NCBI GenBank assembly: GCA_012295275.1
Contig: CM022671.1
Span: forward strand, 35,216,001 to 35,280,000
DNA length: 64,000 bases
Direction: 5' to 3'
Source: Chrysomallon squamiferum
Lineage: Eukaryota; Animalia; Mollusca
Shown here one piece after another: positions 1-24,138 of the stretch; position 1 is the stretch's first letter; each line of letters opens with the position of its first letter. The notes under the pieces are model-generated. The model was given only the letters and a program-made list of their open reading frames with translations. It was not told the origin of the DNA and made no database searches. The position numbers were made by a program, and so were the translations under genes.

Positions 1-13
1 GGACACCGCGTTA
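1..13 (-). CDS. Probable start of the next exon of the same unidentified gene (truncated by the window edge)
   Basis: Minus-strand acceptor TGTTTCATGTTTCAG at 14-28. A phase-1 join to the exon at 500-698 reads open as ...KTK-V-T-R-C. Only 13 nt are visible. Confidence 0.35.
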
Positions 14-499
14 CTGAAACATGAAACATTCACAGTAGAATCGTTGTTGTTACTACTACCACCACTGCAACAACTATCACTACCATTACTATTTCTGCTA
101 CTACATCTATTCCACCACTACACACAATTTTTACCATTTCACACACACACGTACAAGCACACGCACAAAAATACAGACGCACACACACATGTAAACATAC
201 AAAAATACATACATACATATAAATAAACACACACACATACACATATATACATATATACATAAATACATACGTACATACACACACACACATACAAACTCAT
301 GCACAAACAGACAGACACACACACACACATGTAAACATACAAAAATACATACATACATACAAATACCCACACATACACATGCATACATATATACATACTT
401 ACATACATACACACAAACACACATGCATACATTCATGCATACATACGTACATACAAACAAACAAACAAACATACATACATACAGACAAACGCACTTTAC

Positions 500-698
500 C
501 TTTAGTTTTCGAAGGCAGTTTAATTGAACTTTGGAAGATATTGAAAGAGTAACGTCTTGGCTGGGGTGTCACCTTTGCCTTGGTTGCCATGTAATTGGCC
601 CACCCTCTTATAGCATTTCCTTGACCAAACCACGCCTTCCCACCAAGCCCCGCCCCTAGGACGGCAATGAGAACGGAGGCTGCGAGCCACGTGGACAT
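500..698 (-). CDS. First coding exon of an unidentified gene (hydrophobic N-terminus); gene continues off the left edge of the window
   Basis: Acceptor CAG at 701-703, ATG at 696-698 and donor AAG|GTAAAG ending at 500 (phase 1). Non-repetitive ORF MSTWLAASVLIAVLGAGLGGKAWFGQGNAIRGWANYMATKAKVTPQPRRYSFNIFQSSIKLPSKTK flanked by microsatellite-rich intron-like DNA. Family not recognised. Confidence 0.6.
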
Positions 699-1254
699 CG
701 CTGTGAGGTAACTGTGTGAAATATAAGTCATAACGTACACTTAGTTATTTAAATTTAGTCTACGACTACTACAGTAAATAGACACGTACAGACTTCTACA
801 ACTACCACTGCTTATACCTCTAGTACTACCACTACTGCTTCTACTACCCCTACTATTGCTACTGCTTCTACCACTACTACTACCACATCTACTACTACTA
901 CTACCCCTACTATTGCTGCTGCTTCTACCACTACTACTACTACTTCTACTACTACTACTAACTCTACTACTAACTCTACTATTGCTACTGCTGCTACCAC
1001 TACTACTATCACTTCTACTTTACTACTACTAATATTGCTACTCTACTAATATTACTGCTTACTGCTACTACTTTTTTTTTTTTAAATATAATAAATAGAT
1101 AAATTTAAAAATTAAAGAATATAATAAAGAAATAAAGAAAGAAACAAACAAACAAAGAAAAAAGAGAGAAGAAAAACATAAGATTTCATATAACAACATT
1201 AACTAATGAGCTATTTACAATCTGTAGTCAAAACCATTTTGTTTTTTGATTACT

Positions 1255-1460
1255 GCTCATTTTCGGGTCACGTGACACGGAAACCGCTGTGAGTAAGTTT
1301 GAGTTTACTGAGTAAACGAACTGAGAACTCTCACTAATCATCCAGCGAAAACGAAAACGCGGGCGACAACGCCAGAACAAACGCATTACCGTGTTGTGTG
1401 CATACCGGGCGTGGACACGTGACTGATACGTGAAATGACTACAGCAACGACAACGTCCTG
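1255..1460. promoter_or_regulatory. CpG-rich promoter-like island with palindromic GTCACGTGAC (USF/MiT-TFE CLEAR-type E-box) and a second CACGTGAC; probable promoter and 5'UTR exon of the 500-698 gene
   Basis: GTCACGTGAC at 1267-1276 and CACGTGAC at 1416-1423, with many CpGs in an AT-rich background. Minus-strand donor-like CACG|GTAATG (exon end 1390) is correctly oriented to splice to the 701-703 acceptor. Confidence 0.45.
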
Positions 1461-3624
1461 TAGAAAAATATTTGTGTCTATATGTGGATCGAATGTCGAT
1501 AGCGGCTCCTGGTTATGGAAGTTAAAAAAATTAAGGAGACTCACTGTTCAGTTTAGTTGGTCTCTAAAATTAACAGCATCTCGGATGTGTAGTTCTAGGC
1601 TCATCTGCCCACGACAGGCGTGTTTGAACCTTCAGTGTTTGTTAGAACGATTGAAATAGTTGACTGATTGTAAAGAAAAGTATTCGAATTAGAACTGAAA
1701 TTTCTGAAACATGTAAAAGATATTTTATTGCTGTTACATTATTTTATTTTATTCTATTTTTTTTTTTTTTTTTTTTTTTTGAACGGGGATTGACCAGAAC
1801 TCAAAACCTTCGTATTAATAATAATTTATTATTACGTAATCAGATAGAGAGTGAGAAAGAAAGAGAGAAATATAAATATATAGATAGTTAGGGAGATAGA
1901 TTTCAGACAGAAAAGTAGATAGATAGACAGATAGATAGATAAATAGGTAGGTAGGTAGGTAAGGTAGGTAGGTAGACTACAACAGGCTCACATATTTATA
2001 TATATATATATATTTTTAAATCTATTTATTTGCCGTCCGTTCTTCAATTTGTGACAGTGTCAAAAGATTTTATATAAGATCTGATATCACAGATTTAACA
2101 AAAAAAGCAGCTTTTAGCTGTCAAAGCTAAAGAGGACTGAAGGAAAGACGTCCTGTTTGAATTATTTCGTGTTGTTAACCTCTTTAAAATAATACTAGAA
2201 ATACTTAACACGTCTTTCCACAATGGTTTTCACTCGTATCTTTGCTTTGGGATGAAAAACAAATATTTGAAGAGTTTGCAAGTGACTGAGGAGTATCTGC
2301 TAGTGGGGACGTCCTACAAGGACTGCTGCCTCCGAGTGTCGCAGATTTCAAATTAAAGTTTTATAAATTTGTTTACTCAAACAAGTCTTTCGTGTACCAG
2401 GAGACGTGAAGCCGAAATTAAACTTTGACACTTTTTTTCTTTTTCTGTTTCTTCGTTTTCTCAGTTTGTTGTGTAATTCTGTACTTTATGCAGAATGATT
2501 CAAACATGCGCAAGTAAGCATACATATATAAATACATATTCAAACAGACATACACAAAAAACTTATGAACATAGACACTTAGTATAGGTGTATGCGTTCA
2601 TAATACTTATACCTAAATGTAGACAGAGACACATGCAGACAGATAAATGGATAAACACCCACAGACACACATATATATGTATGTATATATGTTTGTTTAT
2701 CCATTTGGATCTCTCTCTCTCGCTCTCGATATATACACATGTATATAGATAGATAGATAGATAGGTAGATAGATAGATAGATAATATAATCGAATATTAA
2801 ATGAAGTATGTGTTATAAATTTAAAAGGACGTTGTCGATGTAGGTGTGTGGCAGTGAAGATGATGATGACACCCTGCATCCTCCCACATGTGATGACGTA
2901 GTTGTTACTAAATTTAGCCTTTTTGACTTTTTTAACCTTTTGGAACATTTCGTGTACTCAGGGAAGGTTGCACGCTCAGAAAAATGTTTGTCTTTCCAGT
3001 TTGGTGTAGTTTATTCTGTTAATTAGTTGCAAGCAGCTGGGTTTATTTAAACTATAGGTAACATTTAATTTTTTTTTGATTTAATATGTGAACGTGCGAA
3101 AATAATATATATCTATTTTGATTTTCAACACAAATTAATTTTACTTTGATGATCGGGAAAAACTGCGAAATCTGATTTGTATCCAGTTTGATACTATTTC
3201 CCCCGTCCCCACCAAGTCTATATTTTCATTTAATTTTTTATAACATAGATACGATTAAATTACTGATTTATAATGTTCGGCTACAACTGTAATAACTAAG
3301 TAATTTTGTTTAAATATTATTTTTATATAAAATAAAAACAAGAACAATAAGAACGAGAAGAACAAAACGAACAAGAAGAAATCTCAATAATTCTTGGACT
3401 CTGCTGTAAATTAAACTGACTAGATGTTCAAATCTAACTGTAGAATTTTTATTAAAATTTATAATTTATGATTTAATTTTGTTAATGGTTTAAAACCTAA
3501 GTTTAGGTATAAACTGTAGGTATGTGGATTTCAAGGAACGAATATTAATTATAAACTGATAATACTGCGTAATAATTTTAAGAAAATTACAGCAGCATTA
3601 ACAGCAGTAATAATAATAATAATT

Positions 3625-3656
<32 letters not shown>

Positions 3657-3682
3657 AAAAATAATAATAATAATAATAATAA

Positions 3683-3713
<31 letters not shown>

Positions 3714-5364
3714 AAAGAAAAACAGAAGAAAATGGTAACAGTAATAATGATTATCATTATGATGATGATGATGATGACTTTAGTGTTAATGATATTCATA
3801 ATCTAGTTATTATGTAAGCACTTACAGACCTATAAATAAATAAACAAAAATAACTTTACCTCTTAGCTTGAATCATATTAATAGCATTGTATATATTATA
3901 AATTAAACCACTTTATTATATTACCGATTCCATTACATAATGAATAATACTTACCCAAGTTATATTTCTCTGTGTACAATAAATCCGAATACGTGGGGAA
4001 AATATCCTGTTTTCAGAGCAGCTGTGTTGTAGTGGATGTCGCAAGATTAATTCAGTACAACCTGGTTTTATAGTACCCGGGATGGGTGCGGAAGAAACGC
4101 GGTGGAAATTACTATTAAAGAACAGCGACTGCGCATTAACAGTCCATAGCAGACGCGTAAGAGTCCCGCCTGTTTGTAAAGTGAGATTCGGGGTCAGTGT
4201 TTAAACAAATCCACTCGGTAAAACCTATGTGAGTACAGGATTACTGTTTGATTGGGCAGATGACATCTTTCCATGACTTTCTTGGAATCGGGATGGACTG
4301 GGGTGATCCTATTAGAATTTAAACATAAAAAAAAAATAAACCCAAAACAATAAAAGCTTCGGAAAGTGTGCTGTCCACATAAAGGCATGAAAACAAACAT
4401 TGAGGCACATTTGTTCTGTGTTTGCAGTCGTATAATTGCCACATCCTTTACGTACCAGTTACGTCTGCAAATAACGAGAACCTCCAGAAGCAGAGAATGA
4501 GTTAAAGTCTCTGTTTGTTTTTCTTTCCAATACGCTGAAATATGGCATACACGTCTGATCATGAGCACATTGGTTACCATTAGTTACGTAGCATATTATA
4601 CAATAACTGTGTATTCTAATGATAATAATGATAGCTTATTGTTACATACGTAATTTTTCAAATTTGGTATTGGAAGTTTGAAATATGAACAAGTTTTAAA
4701 TAATATATATAGCTAATGGCTTTTTAAAATTTGAATTACTTGTACAATTTCACTTAAGATTATTACGTCGGTTAATGAAAAGAAACCTGGAGAAGTTTAT
4801 TTTTGATGGTTCCAGGTCATACACTTAGATAGAATATTGTAAAGGAAATTTAACAAAGATATGAAAATGGCTCTCGACTAACAATTATATTTTGTTTCAA
4901 GACAAGATATGAACTAAAATTTTAAATGAAAACACAAGTGCATTAATTATTGTCAGAGTGAACACATAGAGACAGAAACAGTACATTTTCGTTTTGTCCA
5001 GAATTTGTGCAGTGACATCATGCGCCTATCATGTGCAGGTTTACTCTTGTTTTGTTAATATTTACTAGTTCCCTAAGGTGTTGGCTCCAAAGATGACATC
5101 TAGATAGCTCAGTGGAAAAAAAAAAGAGGCTGTGTTACATTGGTATATGAACAATAAGCAAACTAAATTATTTGTTTGTGCTCGTTATTTTTCGTAAGTC
5201 CGCGATTACGTTTTACTAGTGTTGTTTACAGCTGATATGCACAGATTTTCAAAATAGTAGGTTTTAGATGTACTCAGTCAAAAATTTTTCGTTTTCTGAA
5301 CTTAAAGAAATTAGTCTGTTTTTGTCAAGTAATTTTTTAGTGTAATATTTTTTTTTTGTTTTAC

Positions 5365-5395
<31 letters not shown>

Positions 5396-5451
5396 CATAT
5401 ACATACACGATAAATTATATGTATTTTAAAACTGATGTCAGTGAGACAGTT

Positions 5452-5557
<106 letters not shown>

Positions 5558-6620
5558 TATTTAGTAATTTTTGTATGTTACTCTATGCCGTTTGACTTAA
5601 AACATACGAAATACTTATAACATAACCAGTAACAACAACAACACAAAATAAACTTCTTCATGGCCTAATTCAACAAACTAGACGCATTTGAAAGCAGATG
5701 CGAGCATCTTAGATCAGGCTTGCCAAATGCATTGAGGTATCAAATGTCACTCAGAAGTTCTTAATGTCAGCACTTGCCCAAATCCCGCCAGTTTCTGTTA
5801 GCACACATTAATTGTGACGTCACTGCTGCAGCTGGCTACGTTTGGTTAAAAGGCAGGTGATACTGCATGTCTTTTCAATTCTTAATGTCAAAAGCATGTC
5901 GTATATACAGAGGCAGAAAGACCATGCTTCGGACGGGTTCGAAGCCAAGTGCTAGCGACTTACACGGTGCATATGATGTGTGCATTATCCCAGAATTGGA
6001 ACTGCCAAAAAGGTGCATTGTCCTTTAACGGTATCACGTTAATAAAGTTAGCATCAAAGGTTGGTGGCCTATAACCTTTCCGTTGGGCATCTGAGTAAAC
6101 TGATAACATTCTGAAATCACTGAGATAAAACCTGGTTTGTCTTGCTTATTTTATCTGATATTTACAATCTAAATTCTGAGAGTTAATTTTTAAAAATACA
6201 GATGAATAAAAGTGTATAGACAGATGCAAGTATACAGGAATTGACAGGTCAAAAATAACAGGTGAATATAAATAATTCAATATAAGATCGATCGATCGGC
6301 TTTCAGTTAGATTGATTAAATATATATCCAAACTTTTATCTACTTAACTCCCCCCAACTAATATTTCAGAAAGTGTAGATTGTATCACGTATTACAGAAA
6401 ACATTTTTTTTTTTTTTTTTTTTTTTTTTTATCCTGCACATATTTAGGGTGTATTATTTTAAATATGTAACTAAAATACAGTAAAATACATATCAGTTCT
6501 GTCATTTTTTTTTTATTTTAGCCATTTTCTTTTCTTGACCTACTGGTTCATTACTAATATACAAACAAAATAAATTATATTGGTAAATGATTATTTTGGT
6601 TATTTCTGCTATTATTTTAA

Positions 6621-6654
<34 letters not shown>

Positions 6655-6660
6655 TTTTTT

Positions 6661-6697
<37 letters not shown>

Positions 6698-7079
6698 ATT
6701 TTTTTTTTTTTTATTGCATGTCATTAGAATGAACATTTCTTATTTTGTCTTTTTAAAGCAAAATAGAACTTTTATCATCATCATCATCATCATCCTCGTC
6801 ATCGTCGTTGTCATTTTATTTGATATACTTAATGTTCACTGGTATAACATGCTCTGTACTGTAAAAGTAATTTCTGTTACTCAGATTACATACAGCATCA
6901 ACACGTTCTGTTTGAAACAGTTTAAGGTATTGTAGTCGTACATTATTATCAAAACAAAACTCTTTCACTATAGCCTATTTAAATACTGTTGCAAAACATT
7001 TTATTAAATCATATGTTGCAAAATACCCAGTTTAAATACTCTGTTATAGTAGAATACTAATTAAATTATGTATTGTAAG

Positions 7080-7390
7080 ACATTGTATTTTAAAATACGT
7101 ATTATTGCGACATATGTAAAAAACTGTTTTTAAAATGTAAATTAAAGCGATATATGTAAAAATTTGTATTTAAAATATGTATTATAGCGATATATGCAAA
7201 ACTTTGTATTTAAAATATTTATTAAACAGTATGTGTAAAACGTATTTATAATATGAATTATAGCGATAAATGTAAGACATTGTTTTTAAATATACATTAA
7301 AGTGATATGTATAGAAAATTGTATTTAAAATGTGTATTATACTGGTATGTGTAAAATATTGATTTAACACTTGTATTATATTGATATATT
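7080..7390. repeat. Degenerate AT-rich minisatellite, ~39-40 bp unit
   Basis: Recurrent TGTATTTAAAATATGTATTATAGCGATATATGTAAAA-like units. Confidence 0.6.
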
Positions 7391-9329
7391 TAGCATTCCA
7401 TATATTTTAATTATGGAAATGTATTCTGTTCAGTTAAAGTTAAGAAATAAAATATAATTAAAATTAATTAACATCAATTACAGCAGCAACAACAACAACA
7501 TCAATAATAACAATGTCATGAATTAAAGTAACAATAAACAAATAAATAAATAAATGAGGATTTTGCAGGGAAAAAACAATCAATTCCCTGGTTGGTTATC
7601 ATGTTAGGTCGTTACGGATTTACTTTCAAAGGTAAATACGACCATCCTTCTAAAATGAAGCATTTTTAAAATTAGAATTCTCTGTTTTATGTGGACTTCT
7701 GCAATGTAACTATGATGACAGACATGCTTTTTTTTTTAATGTAACAAAACTTAAAGTCGTGACTACTCCATTCGTGTTCACCACCCAAAAAACAAAACAT
7801 TCGTAAATTTTAAAAATCTATCGCCCCGGAATCAAATATTTGTTAAGATCATTATTAAAATGTCATTCACACCTCAGTTTTAATTACACAGTTCAGATAC
7901 ATCCGGGTTACAGCTCGTTTCTTTAAACATGTGTTTTACACTACATGACTCATGGAAAACTAAAACAAGAAGACACAATACATTGCAAACAATCAATAAA
8001 TAATAGTTTTTAATGCAAATGCTAACTGATACAAACTGAAATAAATCACAACACCTATTCTGAAAATGAGTTCGCGAAAACCTTACCAACGGTTCTGCAA
8101 AATTATTTTCATACTAATATTAAGACATTATTCGCTTGTGTCTCATTCAATAACAGCGAGAGATATAACCTATATAAATACAAACTATTTGAAGTCCTCA
8201 ATACTTTTTATTATTTTTTTTATTTTTTTTTTTTTAAATACAAATATGAAGTCTTATGATACGAATTTTTTTTGAGAAGCGCTGAACTGAAATACGCTGA
8301 CAAAATACACATTACTGATGTAAAAAATCTTCTGACATGAAAAACGTCAGAGAAACGCTAATACACTAATTTTAGCTGGTGAGTGGGTGATGACGTTATT
8401 AAAATGCAAGTCTCGTTCGCGTGTTGTTCTTATGTATATAATCACGTGACCACGGATATCTCTGGCATCCACACCATGCACCTTCGCGTCTGAGCGTGAC
8501 ACGGTGATCTGAAAGTAAACTGAGTAAAACCTAAAGGAAATGTTTTCTCCCAGCAATCAGCTGGACCTAGCGTTCATTATTAGTCTGGCTGGAAAACAGC
8601 ACCATTCCACACACGTACTTTATACTGACCATCTATCTACACACAGTATAGATATTAGCACCATAATATACCCAAATATACAAAATTAAAAAAACGAAAT
8701 GTAACTATACGGTACACGTGCATGTATATAAACACGTATTAAGTTATAATACATGTAACAGTTTAAGTATTTGTTATTTTTGTTACTGAAGACGATGAAA
8801 ACTAAGTCGTCAACGTTTCTCTTTGTATCATTTCTAACAGAGCTTTTTCCCAAAATTTACTGTATATGGGAAGGTGGATATGAAAGATGGCTTTCTGCTC
8901 AAGTACAGTTGTACCCAAGTACTGGAAAGTGTTGTGGTGTCAGTAAACTATTATTTAACTCAGTGGTTACGGAAGTCAGTTAACGCCAGCACCAGGTTGA
9001 CTTGACCGGTCAGAACAGTGTGAGCCGGCGTGAGCTAACTGTGAGCATGTTTACCAGTGAGTAAACGTCAGCAAACGTTAGATATGTATTGCAAAGCTTG
9101 TGAGCCAGGTGTTAAGTTATACACTCACTGTCAGGTGATAATTAAAGGTAAACACGAAGGTAAATGATGTTTTAGTCCAGATCATATTCCAGCCGAGGCA
9201 ACAGATACTATTATTTTATGTCTTAATATGATATAGAGACAGCTTTACATATGCAGATATATTCGTATGTATATGTATTATATACAAACACACAAATATA
9301 TGAACATATTAAAAATCAAAAAGTTAGTA

Positions 9330-9572
9330 CAAAATGTATAAACAGAGAGGGAAGAAAAGTATAACCTTGCCTAATCTGCGTGACCGAAATAACGCACACA
9401 CACACGCACACACACTCACACACACACTCACACACACACTCACTCACACACACACATACACATAAACATATAAAATAAATATGTCAGAGAACTTAATACA
9501 TGGACAAAATGTATGAACAGAGAGGCAACAAAAGTGTAACCTTGGCAAATCTGCCATCACTGAAATAACACA
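9330..9572 (+). repeat. Imperfect ~65-bp direct repeat pair flanking a (CA)n tract
   Basis: CAAAATGTATAAACAGAGAGG...AACCTTG...AATCTGC...GAAATAAC at ~9330-9396 and ~9505-9572. Confidence 0.65.
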
Positions 9573-9792
9573 ATTTTGAATAGCTTTAGATATATATATA
9601 TATATATTTTGCTTACTTACTTACTAAATTTTTTATTTATTTACTTGGGTTTTATTTGTTTATTCTTTTGGTTTTTTTACTTCTTTTTTTTTAATTTTAT
9701 TTATACATTATACTTAACAACATGGTCACGAAGTGTAAAACACAATCAATACTGAAAACGCAACACTGTGCTAGAAAAGAAAAACGAAGAAA

Positions 9793-9839
9793 CACGCGAC
9801 CCATCGTATCTTAAGGTGAGCGTTCTAACCACCAAGCTA
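9793..9839 (-). mobile_element. tRNA-derived SINE head fragment (degenerate)
   Basis: Minus strand reads TAGCTTGGTGGTTAGAACGCTCACC...GATGGGTCGCGT, an A-box-like tRNA 5' half without a complete cloverleaf or B box. Confidence 0.35.
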
Positions 9840-11466
9840 ACGACGTCAACAAGATAGGTAGACAGACATATGTTTAGAGGCGATGAGTCTTGTCTGAAAC
9901 GAAAAAAACACACACAATTTAAGCACCGTAGTGAGAACAGATAGCAGAGTTTCTCAGATTCTTCTTCTCCCTCTGAATCAATGTTTGATCTGCTGTCACT
10001 CGTGTTTGTCTCGGCCAGTCGCAAAGTCAGCTTGCTCCGTTCTTCACGACGACCGACAGCCGAACAGACGCCATCTCAAATTGGTGCGAGGGTGGGGTGG
10101 CCATTAGGAACTGCAAGTCAAATACTTGTCTGTTTTATTCAATAGTGCATGCTCGTAAAACGTTTACTGTCTATTTCTAGCTTTTTTTAACTTCTGAATT
10201 CTTGTTTGCATTCACACCTTTTATTTCTTTTAGAAAAAGAAAAGAAAGTGTATCATGTTAACTGATTTAGCGCCTGATGTCAAGAAAATGAAAGGCCAAA
10301 AGCAAGAATACTGAAAGAAATTAGCCTCTCTCTCTCTCAATCTATCTCTGTCTCTCTTAATCTCTCTTGTCTCTCTCAGACTCTCTCTCTCATTCTCTAT
10401 TGATAACATCTTTGTTTTAGTCCCTCTTATTCTCTCCATGCTTGTCTCTCCGTTTCTCTGTCATCTCTGTCTGACTCTCTGCCTTTTTTTCTATCTCTCT
10501 CCATTTCTCTCAATCTTTCTCTCATTCTCTGTCTGTCTGTCTGTGTGTCTGTGTGTCTCTGTCTGTCCGACTCTGTCTCTCATAAGCACACACACACAAA
10601 CATCCACACAACTCAAACATATACATTTTTTCTAATAAATTAATCTGTAATTATCTTTGGGTTCACTGTGTCAAGCCAAGGTACCACAGGTGTCTCGGGT
10701 AAACTAACAATAACCCTACATCGTGAAATGCATACTGCGTAGCTCCCCTTTCAGTGGCATCTGTGTGCAAATTTGAACTGTCCAATTAACATGCAGCACA
10801 TGCAGACTGTTTATTCTATCTGTAGTTAGGAACAATTAAAAGCAAACACGAGAGAATAACGACTCTCTGATTTGAGTCCGAGTGTTGGAGATGCGGGATG
10901 AGCTTGTTACGAATTCCCAGTCACAAGTTTGTCTGCTGAACATTTGCGTAATTCGAAATTAAACACAGAAATTAGATACAGAAACAACAGACGTACAGTT
11001 GAATACAAACAATATATTTATTTATTTATTTATTTATTATTGATACTTTATTTCATAACAATAAAAATACATTCAGAAAAGCTTATCAAAACCAAGCGAT
11101 ATATTTAACTGAATTTTTCAGAGTAATCACCAGACTACGAGAACATTACAAAAATGAATATTTATTATTATTATTATTATTTGTTTTAAATCGTAACGTT
11201 TTACTTACAACTGAAATGCAGTATGATGATGGTTTTACAGTTGTTTCATTAATTAAATTGTTGTGTTCTAATTAAATTCTAATTTAAAAAAAAAAAATAC
11301 ATTGGTTTAATAAAACTGCAGGGAGATGTTTTGCGGATTCCGACCAGCCCTGTCGAATGTGTCACGTTTGTGTCACAAACTTCACGCTGGCTGTAAACGA
11401 CGTGCATGTTTGCCAAGGGCTTGGGCCACGGCATGATCTGTCACCTAGTGGATGTCGTCGTCTTGG

Positions 11467-11514
<48 letters not shown>

Positions 11515-11566
11515 CGGTAACGTTGTGTTTATATATATATATATATATATAAACACAACGTTACCG
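11515..11566. repeat. Perfect 52-bp palindrome (16-bp unique arms around (AT)10)
   Basis: CGGTAACGTTGTGTTT-(AT)10-AAACACAACGTTACCG; the arms are exact reverse complements. Confidence 0.9.
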
Positions 11567-12331
11567 ATGTGGTTGATAGTGCGGTTAAAACACGAGTATT
11601 TGTATCTACTTAGTATTTGTATTATTATCTTTGTCTTGTTTTATGATAGTGTCTGTGTGCGTGTGTGTGTGTGCGTGAGTGAGTGTGTGCCTGGGCAAGT
11701 TTCTATGCCAGACCAGTTTTCGATGTCAGTAAACTGAAATCTTGTTAAAAACAGAAGAAAAGATAAATGAGGGTGGGACTGTCTGGTTAGTCAGCATTGG
11801 CTGGGCGTGCTTGAAAATAAACGAGGTATTTACTTTTAAATAAATAAGCAAATAAATAAATAAATAAAGACTATACAGCTCATTGCAGATGTTACAACGA
11901 GGCATTTACAATTAAAATATAAAAAATGTCTAGCTCGCTACGGAAGTTATTAGTATTACGAAATCAAAATAGATAAAATACTATTTAATTCTTACATTAA
12001 GATACATACATACATACATACATACATGCATATATACTTACATACATACACCCATACATATACACACATACATACACCCATACACATACATACATACATA
12101 CATTCATACATACCCTAAAATCCCATGTTTAAAAAATCAAAAAAAGTAGAAACAATACGCAACAATAATAATATACATTTGTTTTTAAATGTAAAAAAGA
12201 AATGAAAAATCAGCCAGTGAGGGAAATATTCTTTATTTAATTTGTTCTGTTTTTGTTTATTTTATTAATTTTATTTCATCTAATTTCTTAGCATCTTCAT
12301 TATTTTATTATATTATCAAGACTATTGAATC

Positions 12332-12363
<32 letters not shown>

Positions 12364-13221
12364 GTACTTATAATTACATTTTGTAGATTGTAACTAGTCA
12401 TTTATGGCAATGACTCAGTCTTAATATATTATTTGTGTGAATACGTCTACGATTTGCGTAAAAGAACAAGAACATAAGCAACATGAGAAAATTCTGGGTA
12501 ATTTCAAAGCAGATTTGACATTAGGTAATTAAGACTAACATCTTTCTACTTTCTTACTTTATTCTTTCATTCATTCTTCCTTTCTTTCTTTCAGTCATAC
12601 TTTTTTTTTTTTTTTTGCACTAAATTCATCGGAATTGATTGTCAGATCTGTTCATTAAATCAATCCCGGTTCTCTCCCTTGATTGCTTTTTTTTTGTTTG
12701 TCCTTTCGAAAGGTTAATAATGGCACACGCTTTCCTGCATATGGGAAGTTACATATAAGATATGTCTAGCTGTTAATTTAAAACGGAGGCAGTGCATTGT
12801 TCTTGCACCATAATTGATATACATGGCGGTAATATAAACGAAAATGTTGAGGGATCGTAAAATAAAAATATTCGTACTTCAAAATTTAAAGTGTAAATGC
12901 AAATAAGATATGAATACCACCAACCCCTAAAATATATATATATATATATATAGTGTATTAATTAACAACGTCGTCGATTTATAAACAAAACCGTAACAGC
13001 AACAATTTCGTGACTAAAAATAAACGTAAACAACAACAACAAAAATAATAATAATGATGATGACAACAACAACAACAACAGTAATGATAATCGTCATCAT
13101 CAAGTATATATTTAGCTACAAGTTCAATCTGTTGTTTTTATACTGTATCATCACTGAGTGTTTGTTTTGGTTTTTGTGTGTGTATTGTCATGATTAACAA
13201 AGTATATCATTTGCTGTTAGG

Positions 13222-22745
<9,524 letters not shown>

Positions 22746-23535
22746 GTTGAGACCAGGAGAAACGTCGACACAGCGAGCCTTTGAGAAGAGTTTTAAATAG
22801 AGCAATCTCATAGTGCTAGCCAGATACATTAACACCCTCTTCAACACAAATAATATTAACATTGTAACTGATATCATATTATTCCGAGAATATATATTTT
22901 TTGATAAACCCTCAAGTAAATCTTGTTGACACAATGGTAGGTACGGCACGTTCAGTAAAAATTATAGTCAAAGATATTTATTTGAGGATTTTCCCCATGC
23001 AGATTAACATTCATCTATATTTGAAAACGAAAAAAAAAAAAAAAAAATTATATCTGTCCATAAGTCTTTTATCTGGAAGTGTGTCTGTGCATATGTATAT
23101 CTGTATTTTGTGTCGGAATAAATATTTGTTATACATCTCAGCACATATTTATATTAAAGGTTGAGGAAACATAATTTTTGTAGTAGTTATATGAGGGAGG
23201 AAATTCCTTCATTAAAACTCTGTCCGTATATCCGTTTTTTCATCTATCTGTCCACCATTTAACTGAGTATTGAATTTATATGTACTGTGCATTTGATTTT
23301 TATCGACAAATCAACAAATTTTACTCTTATTATGCTAAAGTATCAGTGTTATTCTAAGGTAACTGTGTATGAAAAGAAACCAGCTGTTATTATTCCATGT
23401 GCTAAAGGGATATTTCAAACTGAACTCCGCAGAGACGAGAAATTACAAAGCTTAACGCTTGATGCGTCGTCAGTAGACTCAGGCTATAACGAGTTATACT
23501 CAAACTGGTCTCACGAGTCAACGCTCTGAACACTA

Positions 23536-23547
23536 TGACCTTGACCT
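23536..23547 (-). promoter_or_regulatory. Perfect AGGTCA-AGGTCA (DR0; includes ERR/SF-1-type TCAAGGTCA) nuclear receptor element ~0.8 kb upstream of the paralog A ATG
   Basis: TGACCTTGACCT on the + strand; motif match only. Confidence 0.3.
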
Positions 23548-23589
23548 ACATTCAACTTCCGTAATTGTAATATAATTATGTTTGTCGAT

Positions 23590-23634
<45 letters not shown>

Positions 23635-23839
23635 TTTATTTTATTTGTTTATTTTGATTTGATTTTTTTTTAATTTTTTTTTTCTCTAAGTTCATTAGGT
23701 AAATATCCTGAACAAGTTTCTATTTGGAATGTAATTAATATGAAATCAACTTTCTGCTTTACAGGTGTAATGCAGTTATGTATATATTTATGTATCTATC
23801 AGATTTGACTACACATATATTTCAGTACCACAGATATAC

Positions 23840-23928
<89 letters not shown>

Positions 23929-23959
23929 TCTCTATATATATACATATATGTATACATAT

Positions 23960-24010
<51 letters not shown>

Positions 24011-24088
24011 TAGATATAGATATATGTTTGTGTGTGTTTGTGTGTGTATGTATATACATGTGCATATGTATATATATACACACACATA

Positions 24089-24138
<50 letters not shown>

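Noticed and set aside
500-545. Resemblance of IFQSSIKLPSKTKG to the UPF0047/YjbQ N-terminus
   Set aside because: The final Gly is read through the splice donor, and joining to the exon at 1-13 gives KTKVTRC instead. There is too little sequence to assign any family.
9900-10115. Minus-strand frame with an in-frame TGA (PNGHPTLAPI*DGVCSAV...), considered as a selenoprotein exon
   Set aside because: No UxxC/CxxU motif, no recognisable family, no SECIS identified and no supporting exons.
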